Of a stretch of 64,000 nt of DNA, positions 1 to 9,576 are shown piece after piece. Each line of letters begins with the position of its first letter. Position 1 is the first letter of the stretch. The translations under genes and the position numbers were made by a program. Under the pieces are notes generated by a model. It ran no database searches and was not told where the DNA came from. It saw only the letters and a list, made by a program, of their open reading frames with translations. Origin of the DNA: Candidatus Moranbacteria bacterium GW2011_GWE2_35_2- (lineage in GTDB: Bacteria; Patescibacteriota; Minisyncoccia; Moranbacterales; UBA9337); assembly GCA_000990585.1 (NCBI GenBank), contig LBQD01000002.1:184016-248015 (forward strand), written 5' to 3'.

Positions 1-2904
1 AGCGTGATGAAAGATGTGGTGCCGCGATATTGGACGATGCGCGGAAAATATGTCGAGCGAAAATGGGGCTGGGATTGCCATGGTCTTCCAATTGAAAATA
101 TCGTGGAGAAAGAACTTGGTTCAAAAAAGAAAAAAGACATCGAGGAAATGGGCGTGGAGAAATTCAACGAGCTGTGTCGAAGCAAAGTTTTGGAATATGT
201 CGATATTTGGAAAAAAGTGATTTCCCGGCTCGGACGCTGGGCGGATATGGAAAATGCCTACAAAACGATGGATTTGCCGTATATGGAATCGGTTTGGAAC
301 GTTTTCAAACAGCTCTATGACAAGGGTTTGATTTATGAAGGCTACCGCTCAATGCATATTTGCACGCGCTGTGAAACGACTTTATCGCAACAGGAGGTTT
401 CCGAAGGGTATAAGGATATTAAGGATTTGTCGGCGATCGCGAAATTCGAATTAGTGAAACCCTCACCCCTAACCCCTCTCCCGGAGGGAGAGGGGGATAA
501 GGTTTTCGTTTTAGCTTGGACGACGACACCTTGGACATTGATTGGGAATGTGGCGCTGGCAGTAGGAAAGGATATTGATTATGTGGAAATTGGAATTAAG
601 AATCAAGAATCAGGAATTAGAGAAAACTATATTTTAGCCAAAGACAGAATTGCGGATGTGGCGAGAGATAAAGAGTATGAAATTATAAAAGAATTCAAGG
701 GTAGCGAATTAGTCGGTAAAGAATACAAACCGCTATTTGATTATTATCAAAACAAAGGTTTGCAAAACGAAGAGAATGGCTGGAAAATTTATGCCGGAGA
801 TTTTGTGACGACTGATGAGGGAACTGGCGTGGTGCATATCGCGCCGGCATTTGGAGAGGATGATTTGAAATTGGGACAAAAAGAAAAATTGCCGTTTGTG
901 CAACACGTTGGGTTGGATGGCGTGATTAAAAAAGAAGTTGGAGATCCTGAAGCACAGCAATCTGGCTATAGGGCAAGTTTTGCGGGACTTTCAGTCAAGC
1001 CGATGACCGGGGAAAAAGACAGCCATCAAAAAACCGATATCGAAATCATCAAATATTTGGCGCACAAGGGTTTATTGTTTTTTAAGGAAAAATATGAACA
1101 CAGTTATCCGCATTGCTGGAGGTGTGACACGCCGCTAATTAATTACGCGACAAGCTCTTGGTTTGTGGCGGTGGAAAAAGTGAAAGACGAAGCGTTGGAA
1201 TTGGCAAAAGAAATAAATTGGTCGCCATCCCATATGAAAGAAGGACGGTTTGGAAAATGGCTGGAAGGCGCGCGCGATTGGTCGATTTCCCGGCAGAGGT
1301 TTTGGGCGAGTGTGATGCCGATTTGGGTTTGCGATCAATGCGGAGAAGTTAGGGTGTTTGGGGGCGTTGGGGAGTTGGAAGAAATTTCCGGAGAGAAAAT
1401 CACTGACATCCACAAGCATATCGTGGATAAAATCATTTTCAAATGTGAAAAGTGCGCTTCGACAGGCTCAGCGCAAGTAGGGACAATGAAACGGGTGCCG
1501 GATGTTTTGGATACTTGGTTTGACAGTGGCTCGATGCCGTATGCTCAGATGCATTATCCATTTGAAAATGTGGAAAAATTCGAAAAAAGTTTTCCGGCGG
1601 ATTTCATTGCCGAAGGGCAGGATCAGACCCGGGCGTGGTTTTATTATCTTCATATTCTAGGCACGGCGCTCAAAAACAAGCCGGCTTTCAAGAATGTGAT
1701 TGTCAATGGAACTGTTTTAGCGGAAGATGGAAAGAAAATGTCAAAAAGGTTAAGTAATTATCCCGATCCTATGGAGATGTTTGAAAAATACGGCGCGGAC
1801 GCGGTGCGATTCTATTTGATGAGCAGCCCCGTCGTGGCGGCGGAAAATTTGAATTTCAAAGAGGCGGATGTGGCGGACGTGGTTCGTGGGATGATGCGGA
1901 TGCTTTGGAATTCATATTCATTTTTTGTGTTGTATGCAAACATTGACGGCTTTGCGCCGCAAGATACAAGATACAAAATACAAGATACAAGCAGTCTTTT
2001 GGATAAGTGGATTATTTCGGAATTGCATACGCTGATTCGGGAATTCAATTTGCATATGGAAAATTATGAGCTTAACCGGGCGTGCCGTTTGGTGCCTAAA
2101 TTCGTGGACAATCTTTCCAATTGGTATGTGCGCCGATCAAGAAAAAGATTCTGGAAATCGGAAAATGACAATGATAAAAATGAGGCATACGCGACTTTGC
2201 ACTATGTTTTGGTGGAACTTTCCAAAGTAATGGCATCGTTTACACCGTTTATTTCGGAAGAGATTTATAGAAATTTGAAGAGCCCTTACCCCAACCCTCT
2301 CCCAGAGGGAGAGGGGGATTTAGTGTCGGTGCATTTGGCTGATTTTCCGATGGCGGATGAGAAGTTGATTGATGAAAAGTTGAATGAGCAAATGCAAAAA
2401 ACTCGCGAAATTATTACGGAAGCGTTGCAACTTCGCGCCAAAGCGGGAATCAAGGTGAGGCAACCTTTGGGTCAATTTTCAATTTTCAATTTTCAATTTT
2501 CAAACAATGAAAAAGAATTTTTAAATATAATAAAAGAGGAAGTTAATGTGAAAAATGTTGCGATTAGCGGAGAAGAAGAAACGGAAGGGAAATGGGCGGT
2601 TGGCGATGCCGGAGGAGTCAAAGTGTCTTTGAATACGGAAATAACGGATGAGTTGAGGATGGAGGGGCAGGCGCGGGAGGTTGTTCGCTTTATTCAGGAA
2701 ATGCGCAAAGAAGCGGGATATGAAGTTGACAATCGCATCCAAGTGTGCTATGATGGACAGTCGGATGTTTTTGAAAAATTCGGTTCTTTGATAACTAAAG
2801 AAGTGTTGGCAGACAAACTGTCTGCCGAAAAATTGGAAAAAACAGACCTGCAAAAAGAATTCAATCTGGATGGCGAAAAAATCCGGATTGGGATTTGCAG
2901 ATAA
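1..2904 (+). CDS. ileS: isoleucyl-tRNA synthetase, 5' truncated at window edge
   Basis: WDCHGLPIE, WSISRQRFW and KMSKRL (KMSKS-type) motifs; long C-terminal anticodon-binding/Zn region; frame open to base 1. Confidence 0.85.
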   Translation, partial: SVMKDVVPRYWTMRGKYVERKWGWDCHGLPIENIVEKELGSKKKKDIEEMGVEKFNELCRSKVLEYVDIWKKVISRLGRWADMENAYKTMDLPYMESVWNVFKQLYDKGLIYEGYRSMHICTRCETTLSQQEVSEGYKDIKDLSAIAKFELVKPSPLTPLPEGEGDKVFVLAWTTTPWTLIGNVALAVGKDIDYVEIGIKNQESGIRENYILAKDRIADVARDKEYEIIKEFKGSELVGKEYKPLFDYYQNKGLQNEENGWKIYAGDFVTTDEGTGVVHIAPAFGEDDLKLGQKEKLPFVQHVGLDGVIKKEVGDPEAQQSGYRASFAGLSVKPMTGEKDSHQKTDIEIIKYLAHKGLLFFKEKYEHSYPHCWRCDTPLINYATSSWFVAVEKVKDEALELAKEINWSPSHMKEGRFGKWLEGARDWSISRQRFWASVMPIWVCDQCGEVRVFGGVGELEEISGEKITDIHKHIVDKIIFKCEKCASTGSAQVGTMKRVPDVLDTWFDSGSMPYAQMHYPFENVEKFEKSFPADFIAEGQDQTRAWFYYLHILGTALKNKPAFKNVIVNGTVLAEDGKKMSKRLSNYPDPMEMFEKYGADAVRFYLMSSPVVAAENLNFKEADVADVVRGMMRMLWNSYSFFVLYANIDGFAPQDTRYKIQDTSSLLDKWIISELHTLIREFNLHMENYELNRACRLVPKFVDNLSNWYVRRSRKRFWKSENDNDKNEAYATLHYVLVELSKVMASFTPFISEEIYRNLKSPYPNPLPEGEGDLVSVHLADFPMADEKLIDEKLNEQMQKTREIITEALQLRAKAGIKVRQPLGQFSIFNFQFSNNEKEFLNIIKEEVNVKNVAISGEEETEGKWAVGDAGGVKVSLNTEITDELRMEGQAREVVRFIQEMRKEAGYEVDNRIQVCYDGQSDVFEKFGSLITKEVLADKLSAEKLEKTDLQKEFNLDGEKIRIGICR
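458..498 (+). repeat. GC-rich palindromic 38-bp element, copy 1 (in frame inside ileS)
   Basis: AACCCTCACCCCTAACCCCTCTCCCGGAGGGAGAGGGGGAT; stem CCCTCTCCC/GGGAGAGGG; encodes PSPLTPLPEGEGD. Confidence 0.8.
1960..1992 (+). repeat. heptanucleotide tandem array (CAAGATA)x4-5 inside ileS
   Basis: caagatacaagatacaaaatacaagatacaagc, in frame (QDTRYKIQDTS). Confidence 0.8.
2281..2319 (+). repeat. GC-rich palindromic element, copy 2 (in frame inside ileS)
   Basis: AGCCCTTACCCCAACCCTCTCCCAGAGGGAGAGGGGGAT; encodes SPYPNPLPEGEGD. Confidence 0.8.
2472..2503 (+). repeat. heptanucleotide tandem array (TCAATTT)x4 inside ileS
   Basis: tcaattttcaattttcaattttcaattttcaa, in frame (FSIFNFQFSN). Confidence 0.8.
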
Positions 2905-2937
2905 AATATAAAAACCGTAAATACGAGAGGTGCGTTT

Positions 2938-3084
2938 ATGGACATTGCAATCAAATTTTTTTTGGATGTATGTGAAGTTCCGCCGATTGTTCTATATGTG
3001 TTTTTTGGCGGAGGCTTTTTAATCATTTCGTTTTTCTTGCTCGCAACGGCGGGCGGGGAAAAAAATAAGGAGGGAAAGAAATGA
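2938..3084 (+). CDS. small hydrophobic peptide (48 aa), hypothetical
   Basis: ATG at 2938 preceded by gagagg; TGA stop overlaps ATG of next ORF (ATGA coupling); single TM segment. Confidence 0.3.
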   Translation: MDIAIKFFLDVCEVPPIVLYVFFGGGFLIISFFLLATAGGEKNKEGKK

Positions 3085-3335
3085 TAGTGGAATGGTTTTT
3101 TACCCTGCCCATGGATTTTAAAATCCTTGCGTGGGTAGGTTCTTTTTTGGCAACAGCTTTTTGCTGTATGTTCTGGGGAGCGTTTTTTCTCCCCCAAAAA
3201 AAATGTTTAAGATGTGATAACTTGGATGATCCTCACGAGATGTTTCGTGAAGCGGATGGGAGTCTTCTCTGCCGGAGTTGTAAGGCAGAAAAGATTGCCG
3301 CTTCGATCGTTTCAGGGTGCGAGCATTGTCATTAA
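3081..3335 (+). CDS. small membrane protein with C-terminal CxxC...CxxC zinc-ribbon
   Basis: 84 aa ORF, N-terminal TM helix, CLRC...CRSC...CEHC cysteine pairs; translationally coupled to upstream peptide. Confidence 0.4.
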   Translation: MIVEWFFTLPMDFKILAWVGSFLATAFCCMFWGAFFLPQKKCLRCDNLDDPHEMFREADGSLLCRSCKAEKIAASIVSGCEHCH

Positions 3336-3427
3336 CTTTGACAAGTGAGCTTGCCCCGAGGCTTGACTCTACGTAATGTGGAGTTGAGCTTTTTTTATTT
3401 TCTTGGAAATTTTAATATTTTTCTAAG

Positions 3428-3465
3428 AACCCTCACCCCAACCCTCTCCCAGAGGGAGAGGGGGA
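3428..3465 (+). repeat. GC-rich palindromic element, copy 3 (intergenic, upstream of recO)
   Basis: GAACCCTCACCCCAACCCTCTCCCAGAGGGAGAGGGGGAA. Confidence 0.8.
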
Positions 3466-3517
3466 AATAATGCTATGATAATAGAATATTGAGATGTTAG
3501 TATGTTAAAATGATTTT

Positions 3518-4231
3518 ATGGAATACAAATATACGGGAATAATTTTGGGAAAATATGATGTCGGGGAGACCGACCGGATTTATGTTATTTACACCTTGGA
3601 GCAAGGAAAAATTCGCGCGCTTGCCAAAGGGGTGCGCAAGATGCATGCTAAACTGTCAGGATCACTGGAGAGTTTCAATTTGGTTGATATTTTGATTGCG
3701 CGCAACAGGGGGATGGGAAAGATAAAATCAGCGATTGTGGAGAGAAACTTTTCCGTTATTAAAAACAATTTTGAACTGTTGGAAAAGGTTTTTCAAGTTA
3801 TTGGAATTTTCGGTCGTTTAATGGAAGATGAACAAAAAGACGAAGAAGCGTTTTTTTTGCTTGCGCAATATTTGAAAATGATGAATGAAAAAAACGGAGA
3901 TGATTTTTTGCGTTTTAGGATAATAACGCAGGGATTTTTGCACCAACTTTTTTCTTTATTGGGATATCAATTAGAAATTTCCGGTTGTGCGGTTTGTCGG
4001 GAAAAAATAAAAGCCGGCGGTAATTTTTTTTCAATGAGTTGCGGCGGAGTTGTTTGCCATAAGTGTGGCAATGATGTGGTTGAGAAAATGCGCGTTACGG
4101 ACAATACAATCAAGGCGATGCGTATTTTTTCTTCGAATAATTTGAAGTCCTTATTAAAGTTAAAAATAAAAAAAGAGGAAATAACAGAGTTGGAAAGAGT
4201 ATCCGATTTGTTTTATCGATGGATTGTATAA
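3518..4231 (+). CDS. recO: DNA repair protein RecO
   Basis: N-terminal OB-fold region (GIILGKYDVGETDRIYVIYT), C-terminal CAVC...CHKC zinc motif typical of RecO. Confidence 0.8.
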   Translation: MEYKYTGIILGKYDVGETDRIYVIYTLEQGKIRALAKGVRKMHAKLSGSLESFNLVDILIARNRGMGKIKSAIVERNFSVIKNNFELLEKVFQVIGIFGRLMEDEQKDEEAFFLLAQYLKMMNEKNGDDFLRFRIITQGFLHQLFSLLGYQLEISGCAVCREKIKAGGNFFSMSCGGVVCHKCGNDVVEKMRVTDNTIKAMRIFSSNNLKSLLKLKIKKEEITELERVSDLFYRWIV

Positions 4232-4267
4232 GTTGTCTTGTTGGGAAGAAAAAAATTTGATAAAATA

Positions 4268-6214
4268 ATGATACAATCTAATTGTTATATAGTTATTCGA
4301 ATAAAATTTTTTATGTCTCTTGATAACTTAAACAAAAAAATAAATAATCCCAATGAGTTGATTGATAATAGTGAAATTTACGGGGAAAAAAAATTACCAG
4401 TAGAGAACAAATTTATTATTGGTGATGGAAAAAAATGGAAGCGAACTAACGGTTGGCTGGATGAAGGAACATTGAAAATTATTAAAATTGCGATGATGGT
4501 TCTTGCCGGATTTTTTGTACTGGCGGCGATCGTTTATGGTGTTTTTCGGTACAGTCAAACTTCTTTTAGCGAGGAACGAGTGCTTGTTGAAATTGAGGGA
4601 CCGGCGGATATTAACAGTAGTGAAGTTGTAAAGTATAAAATAAAATATAAAAACAACAACCGAGCTGAACTTGAAAATGCGGAATTTGTGATTAGCTATC
4701 CTGAGAATTTCAATCCGGAAGGAAATTCTAATTTTCAAATTCAAGGGGAAAATAATAGTGTGGTTAAGGTGGGAAAAATAAAGTCTCGTGGTGAAGGTTA
4801 CGTGGAGATTAGTGGGCGTTTTTATGCGCCGATAAATTATACATTAATAATGAAAGCTTCATTGAAATACATGCCTTCAAATTTTAGCAGTCAATTTCAA
4901 TCTAGCACGCAAAAAGGTCTTAGCGTAAAAACTTCTCCGTTGGTAATTTCCATCAATGCTCCGATGGAGATTCTCAGTGAAAGTAAAATTAGTTATGTAA
5001 TCGGATACCAAAACACAAGTTCTATTTCTTTTGATGATTTGAAACTTGAAGTTGATTTTCCGAAAGGGTTTGAAATTCAAAATTCGGAAGTTTCTATTTT
5101 TAAAGAAAACAGCATTTGGAATGTTGGAAGGTTGGAGGCGGGGCAAAAAGGAGAAATCAAAATCGAGGGGATTATTCAAGGCGTAAGAGGTGATGTCAAA
5201 TCCATAAATGTCGCTATTGGACAGTTTAGGCAAGATAAGGAGTTGCTGGTGTTTGATAAAAGAGAAGCAATTTCTAAAATAGTGGTACTTCCTTTGTCCA
5301 TTTCACAAACAATAAATGAGCAAAAATCGCTTAATATCAATTCTGGGGAGAATTTGAATTATCGTTTGCATTATCGAAATGATGGAGATGTCGGATTGCG
5401 GGATTTGATTATAACGATGAAGATAGATTCTCCGGTTTTGGATTTTTCCAAGTTGAATTTGAGTGGCGGAGGTTCGTATGATTCGGAAAAAAAAGAAATT
5501 GCATGGAAAGCTTCTGATGTTTCTCAACTTGCCAAGCTTGATCCGGGTCAAGGAGGATCAGTAAGTTTTTCCATTCCAGTAAAAGACAAGATTGAAGTGA
5601 ACAGTAAGGAAGACAAAAATTTTTCAATTGAATCAATTGCTAAGATTGATAGTCCGGATGTGGCATATCCAGCGATAGGAGTAAATGAGAGTGCGAGCAG
5701 AGCGCTTGTAAAGGTCAATTCGAAAGTTATTTTAGAAACCGTCGGATATTATAAGGATGCGAATATTGCAACGTCCGGACCGATTCCTCCGGAAGTAGGC
5801 AAGGAAACGGAATATATTATTCATTGGTTAGTTACTAATATTTCCAATGATATTGATAATGTCTCGGTTTCCGCTTTTCTTCCGACGGGAGTGAAATGGA
5901 AAAACGAAATTTATTCAAAAACCGAGGATGTGAAATATAATGAAAGAACCAATGAGATTATTTGGAATCCGGGAAAAATTGAAAACGGAACCGGAATTTT
6001 GGGCAAAGTAAGAGATGTGAGTTTCAAAGTTTCGATAGTTCCACAAATAAATCAAGAAGGGAAAGCGGTTGTTCTTTTGGGAAAAACGACACTTAGGGCG
6101 AAAGACTTGTTTACTGGAAATGAAGTGTTAAAAGAAATTGCAGAAAAAAATACAGAACTTCGGGAAGATAGTAGTATTACATCTGCTGGTTATCAAGTGA
6201 AAAAAGGAGAGTAG
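4268..6214 (+). CDS. large N-terminally membrane-anchored surface protein, hypothetical (start uncertain; track start 4238 is TTG)
   Basis: single TM helix near residue 90 followed by ~550 aa beta-rich repeat-like domain; no catalytic motifs seen. Confidence 0.5.
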   Translation: MIQSNCYIVIRIKFFMSLDNLNKKINNPNELIDNSEIYGEKKLPVENKFIIGDGKKWKRTNGWLDEGTLKIIKIAMMVLAGFFVLAAIVYGVFRYSQTSFSEERVLVEIEGPADINSSEVVKYKIKYKNNNRAELENAEFVISYPENFNPEGNSNFQIQGENNSVVKVGKIKSRGEGYVEISGRFYAPINYTLIMKASLKYMPSNFSSQFQSSTQKGLSVKTSPLVISINAPMEILSESKISYVIGYQNTSSISFDDLKLEVDFPKGFEIQNSEVSIFKENSIWNVGRLEAGQKGEIKIEGIIQGVRGDVKSINVAIGQFRQDKELLVFDKREAISKIVVLPLSISQTINEQKSLNINSGENLNYRLHYRNDGDVGLRDLIITMKIDSPVLDFSKLNLSGGGSYDSEKKEIAWKASDVSQLAKLDPGQGGSVSFSIPVKDKIEVNSKEDKNFSIESIAKIDSPDVAYPAIGVNESASRALVKVNSKVILETVGYYKDANIATSGPIPPEVGKETEYIIHWLVTNISNDIDNVSVSAFLPTGVKWKNEIYSKTEDVKYNERTNEIIWNPGKIENGTGILGKVRDVSFKVSIVPQINQEGKAVVLLGKTTLRAKDLFTGNEVLKEIAEKNTELREDSSITSAGYQVKKGE

Positions 6215-6233
6215 TATCGTTTTATTTCAAAAT

Positions 6234-7397
6234 ATGGAAATTTTTTCCGAAAAAAGAGTAAGAGTGAAAAAAATAAAAACGAAAAGCGGAGAATTGCAAA
6301 CTCCGTTTTTTATGCCTGACGCTACACGAGGATTTATCAAATCTATGAGCGGAAAAGATTTGAAAGATGCAGGGGTTGGTCCGATGGTAGTCAATACATA
6401 TCATTTGTATTTGCAACCCGGTATGGAATTGATTAAGAAATCCGTCAGTCCTTGTCAAAATTTTGACGGACAAGGAAATATTCATAAATTTATGAATTGG
6501 GACAAGCCCTTGCTTTCCGATAGTGGAGGATATCAAGTTTTTTCTTTGATACACAAGAATCCGCAAATGGGAAAAATTACCGATGATGGCGTGGAATTTC
6601 GTTCGCCTTTGGATGGTTCAAAACACTATATTACTCCGGAAAAAGCGATTCAAATTCAGTTTGATTTGGGAGTGGATATGATGGTGTGCCTGGATGATCC
6701 GCCTCCAAACAGTCATACGAAAGAAAAAATTGAAGCGGCCGTTGATCGGACTTTGGCTTGGGCGAAAAGGTGTATGATAGAGTATAAAAAACAAATTAAA
6801 GAAAGGAAAATTGAAAAAGAAAATAAACCTTTGATTTTTTGCGTTATTCAAGGCGGTGAATATTTGGATTTGAGGAAAAAATGCGTTGAGGGATTGATTG
6901 AAATCGGGTTTTCCAAAGAAGGCGGACCGGCTATGCGATGGGATGGATATGGATTTGGTGCGCGGCATGTTGACAGCGAGGGCAATTTTTTGGAGAAAGT
7001 TTTGGAATATACTGCCAAGTTGATTCCGGAAGATTCTTTGCGTTTTGCTTTGGGAATCGGAACACCGGAGGATATTGTCCGTTCGGTGCAAATGGGATGG
7101 GATATGTTTGATTGCGTAATTCCGACGCGAGAGGCAAGACATGGAAAAATATTTTTATGGAAAGACGATAATTTGGAAGGGGAGTTTTATAAAACTGTGA
7201 ATATTACTAATTCGAAATTTAAGGATGATTTTAGCGCGATAGATGAAAATTGTGATTGTGAACTTTGTCTAAATTATTCACGGGCATATTTGCATCATAT
7301 TTTCAAAATGAAAGATCCTTTGGCGGCACGTATTGCTTCGATTCACAATTTGAAATTCTATACGAATTTGATGAAAAAAATCCGCGGGGAGATGTAG
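6234..7397 (+). CDS. tgt: queuine tRNA-ribosyltransferase
   Basis: GGYQVFSL, DCVIPTR, CDCELC...H zinc site and YLHHIFKMKD motif. Confidence 0.9.
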   Translation: MEIFSEKRVRVKKIKTKSGELQTPFFMPDATRGFIKSMSGKDLKDAGVGPMVVNTYHLYLQPGMELIKKSVSPCQNFDGQGNIHKFMNWDKPLLSDSGGYQVFSLIHKNPQMGKITDDGVEFRSPLDGSKHYITPEKAIQIQFDLGVDMMVCLDDPPPNSHTKEKIEAAVDRTLAWAKRCMIEYKKQIKERKIEKENKPLIFCVIQGGEYLDLRKKCVEGLIEIGFSKEGGPAMRWDGYGFGARHVDSEGNFLEKVLEYTAKLIPEDSLRFALGIGTPEDIVRSVQMGWDMFDCVIPTREARHGKIFLWKDDNLEGEFYKTVNITNSKFKDDFSAIDENCDCELCLNYSRAYLHHIFKMKDPLAARIASIHNLKFYTNLMKKIRGEM

Positions 7398-7747
7398 GCT
7401 TTTTTTGTAGAATTATTGTAGGTTTGAATTTAAAAAATCGAATGTTCTTTTTGAATAAAAAATTATCATAGAAGGTTAAAATAGGGAAAAAACTGAATTT
7501 CTCATAGCCAACCTCATGAAAAAAAGAAAAAGTTGGTAGTAGATAAAAATAACCGATTTTGTAAAAAAATCAAATTTAATGTTGAAAATGAAAGAATGTT
7601 ATGACTCATATCATCAAAATTTGCGTTCGTATTTTTATTTGATCCAAAGACAAGTTCTTAGATGATTATTAAAAAAAATGTCACAGGCTGATTTTCTTAT
7701 TATATTCGAGTCTTTTTTTATTTCATTTTTAAGGATATAATGAAAAT

Positions 7748-9025
7748 ATGAAAAAAATAATTCCACAAAAATTGAAAAATTATTATCATCTACTTTACGC
7801 CGTGGTGGCTAATTTTTGGTACGGATTTCCGTCAAAAAAAATAAAGGTAATTGGCGTAACGGGAACTAATGGAAAAACAACAACCGTGCAAATGATAACC
7901 AAGATTTTGGAAGAAGCTGGATTTGATGTGGCAATGGCTTCAACGATCAATTTCAAATTAAACGGTAAAGAAAAAGTTAATAAAACAAAATTCACAACCC
8001 TCTCGGCATTTGCGGTACAAAAATTTATTATGGATGCGGTTTTGGGTGAACATGATTTTGTGGTCTTGGAAACTTCATCGCATTCGCTAGATCAATACAG
8101 AGTGTGGGGAGTGGAATATGACACAGCAGTGATTACCAATGTGACGCGTGAGCATTTGGATTATCACAAGACAATGGAACAGTATCGAAAAGCCAAAAAA
8201 ACATTATTTAAAAAAGCGGAAAATATTGTGGTTAATTTGGATATGGAGAAACCGGAATATTATTTGAGTGCGGATGTCGAGAAAAAATATGGATATAGTA
8301 TTGAGAATCAAGAATCAAGAATCAAGAATCAGGATTTTTATAAAATGATAAAAGCAGAGAATATAAAACTAGATATCAATAAATCTGAATTCATAATTCA
8401 TAATTCTCAATTCTTATTAAATTTGCCGGGTAAGTTCAATATTGAAAATGCACTGGCGGCAACTTGCGTCGGAATGATTTATGATATTAAAAATGATGTT
8501 ATCGCGCGAGCTTTGGAAAAAATCAATGGAATTCCAGGAAGAATGGAAAGTGTTTCAAATGATAGAGGTTTAAATATTATAATTGACTACGCCGTGACTC
8601 CGGATTCATTGGAAAAATTGTATAGACTAATCAGAGAGTTTCGAAATACTGAAGACGGAAAAATCATTGCGGTATTTGGTTCTTGCGGAGAGCGTGATCG
8701 CGGCAAGCGTCCGATAATGGGAGAAATTGTTTCGCGTACTGCCGACTATGTCATTGTGACTAATGAAGATCCGTATGGAGAAGATCCGCAAAGAATTATT
8801 GATGAGGTGGCAAGCGGGGTGAAAAACAAAAAAGAGAATGAAAACTTTTGGAAAATAACGGATCGCCGCAGGGCAATCAAAAAAGCATTGCAAATTGCAA
8901 GGCCGGGGGATTTTGTGATTGTGACCGGCAAGGGGGCGGAAGAAACAATGGCAGTCGGCGCCACCGAAAGAATTTCTTGGAGCGATAAGAAAATTATCCG
9001 AGAAATATTGCAAGAATCAATGTAA
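7748..9025 (+). CDS. Mur ligase family protein, MurE-like, lacking the usual N-terminal UDP-binding domain
   Basis: P-loop VIGVTGTNGKTTT only ~35 aa from N-terminus; C-terminal GSCGERDRGKRP...VTNEDPYGEDP resembles MurE DNPR region. Confidence 0.65.
   Translation: MKKIIPQKLKNYYHLLYAVVANFWYGFPSKKIKVIGVTGTNGKTTTVQMITKILEEAGFDVAMASTINFKLNGKEKVNKTKFTTLSAFAVQKFIMDAVLGEHDFVVLETSSHSLDQYRVWGVEYDTAVITNVTREHLDYHKTMEQYRKAKKTLFKKAENIVVNLDMEKPEYYLSADVEKKYGYSIENQESRIKNQDFYKMIKAENIKLDINKSEFIIHNSQFLLNLPGKFNIENALAATCVGMIYDIKNDVIARALEKINGIPGRMESVSNDRGLNIIIDYAVTPDSLEKLYRLIREFRNTEDGKIIAVFGSCGERDRGKRPIMGEIVSRTADYVIVTNEDPYGEDPQRIIDEVASGVKNKKENENFWKITDRRRAIKKALQIARPGDFVIVTGKGAEETMAVGATERISWSDKKIIREILQESM
8303..8331 (+). 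repeat. heptanucleotide tandem array (AGAATCA)x4 inside Mur ligase gene
   Basis: gagaatcaagaatcaagaatcaagaatcagg, in frame (ENQESRIKNQD). Confidence 0.8.
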
Positions 9026-9446
9026 GAACAAAACCGAAAATCGCTCCGGCGATCGCTTCTTCCGGACGATGCCCCATTCTTTCTTTGAGGCGGGTATATT
9101 CTTTTTCATCAACACCGATTTTATCAGTGAGCATATTAATATAGCGGCTGTGTTCTCCCATATAGACGCGAAGTCTTGTGGCGTCGTCAATAATCAAAAT
9201 CGCCAAAACAAAAGCAATGGCGAATTCTCCTGAGTCGATTCCGGAGAAATATCCAACGGAAGTTACCAAGGAAATCATTAAAGCGCTATGCACGCTGGGC
9301 ATATGTCCATATGTCATTGCGTGGTCAAGCGTATATTTGAAATTATTTCCGTGTTTGACGTAGAATATGATAAATTTCAAGATTCTAGCGAAAGCCAAAA
9401 CGATCAAAGGAATGATAAACATTGCATAATTTGAAAAAATATCCAT
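8994..9446 (-). CDS. divergent PAP2 (YuiD-like) family membrane protein
   Basis: HMPSVHSA motif and multi-TM topology; ATG at 9446 (track start 9464 is TTG); 3' end overlaps Mur ligase 3' end by 32 bp. Confidence 0.55.
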   Translation of the reverse strand: MDIFSNYAMFIIPLIVLAFARILKFIIFYVKHGNNFKYTLDHAMTYGHMPSVHSALMISLVTSVGYFSGIDSGEFAIAFVLAILIIDDATRLRVYMGEHSRYINMLTDKIGVDEKEYTRLKERMGHRPEEAIAGAIFGFVLTLILAIFLG

Positions 9447-9576
9447 TTTATTTGAAATTAACAATTTAACATTTTAATTATAGCACAAAAAAACGGAAAA
9501 AACAGGAATATTTTATTTTTTGCCAAATAGTGTATAATTAAAGATACAGTATAATAATTAAAATAAAAGTAAAAAT

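Noticed and set aside
6618-7142. Antisense ORFs within tgt, pyk, rpoD, the ABC-F gene and others (for example 6618-7142, 14682-15011, 17771-18259, 22018-22377)
   Set aside because: They are fully contained in or opposite to strongly supported conserved genes, and are typical AT-rich antisense shadows.
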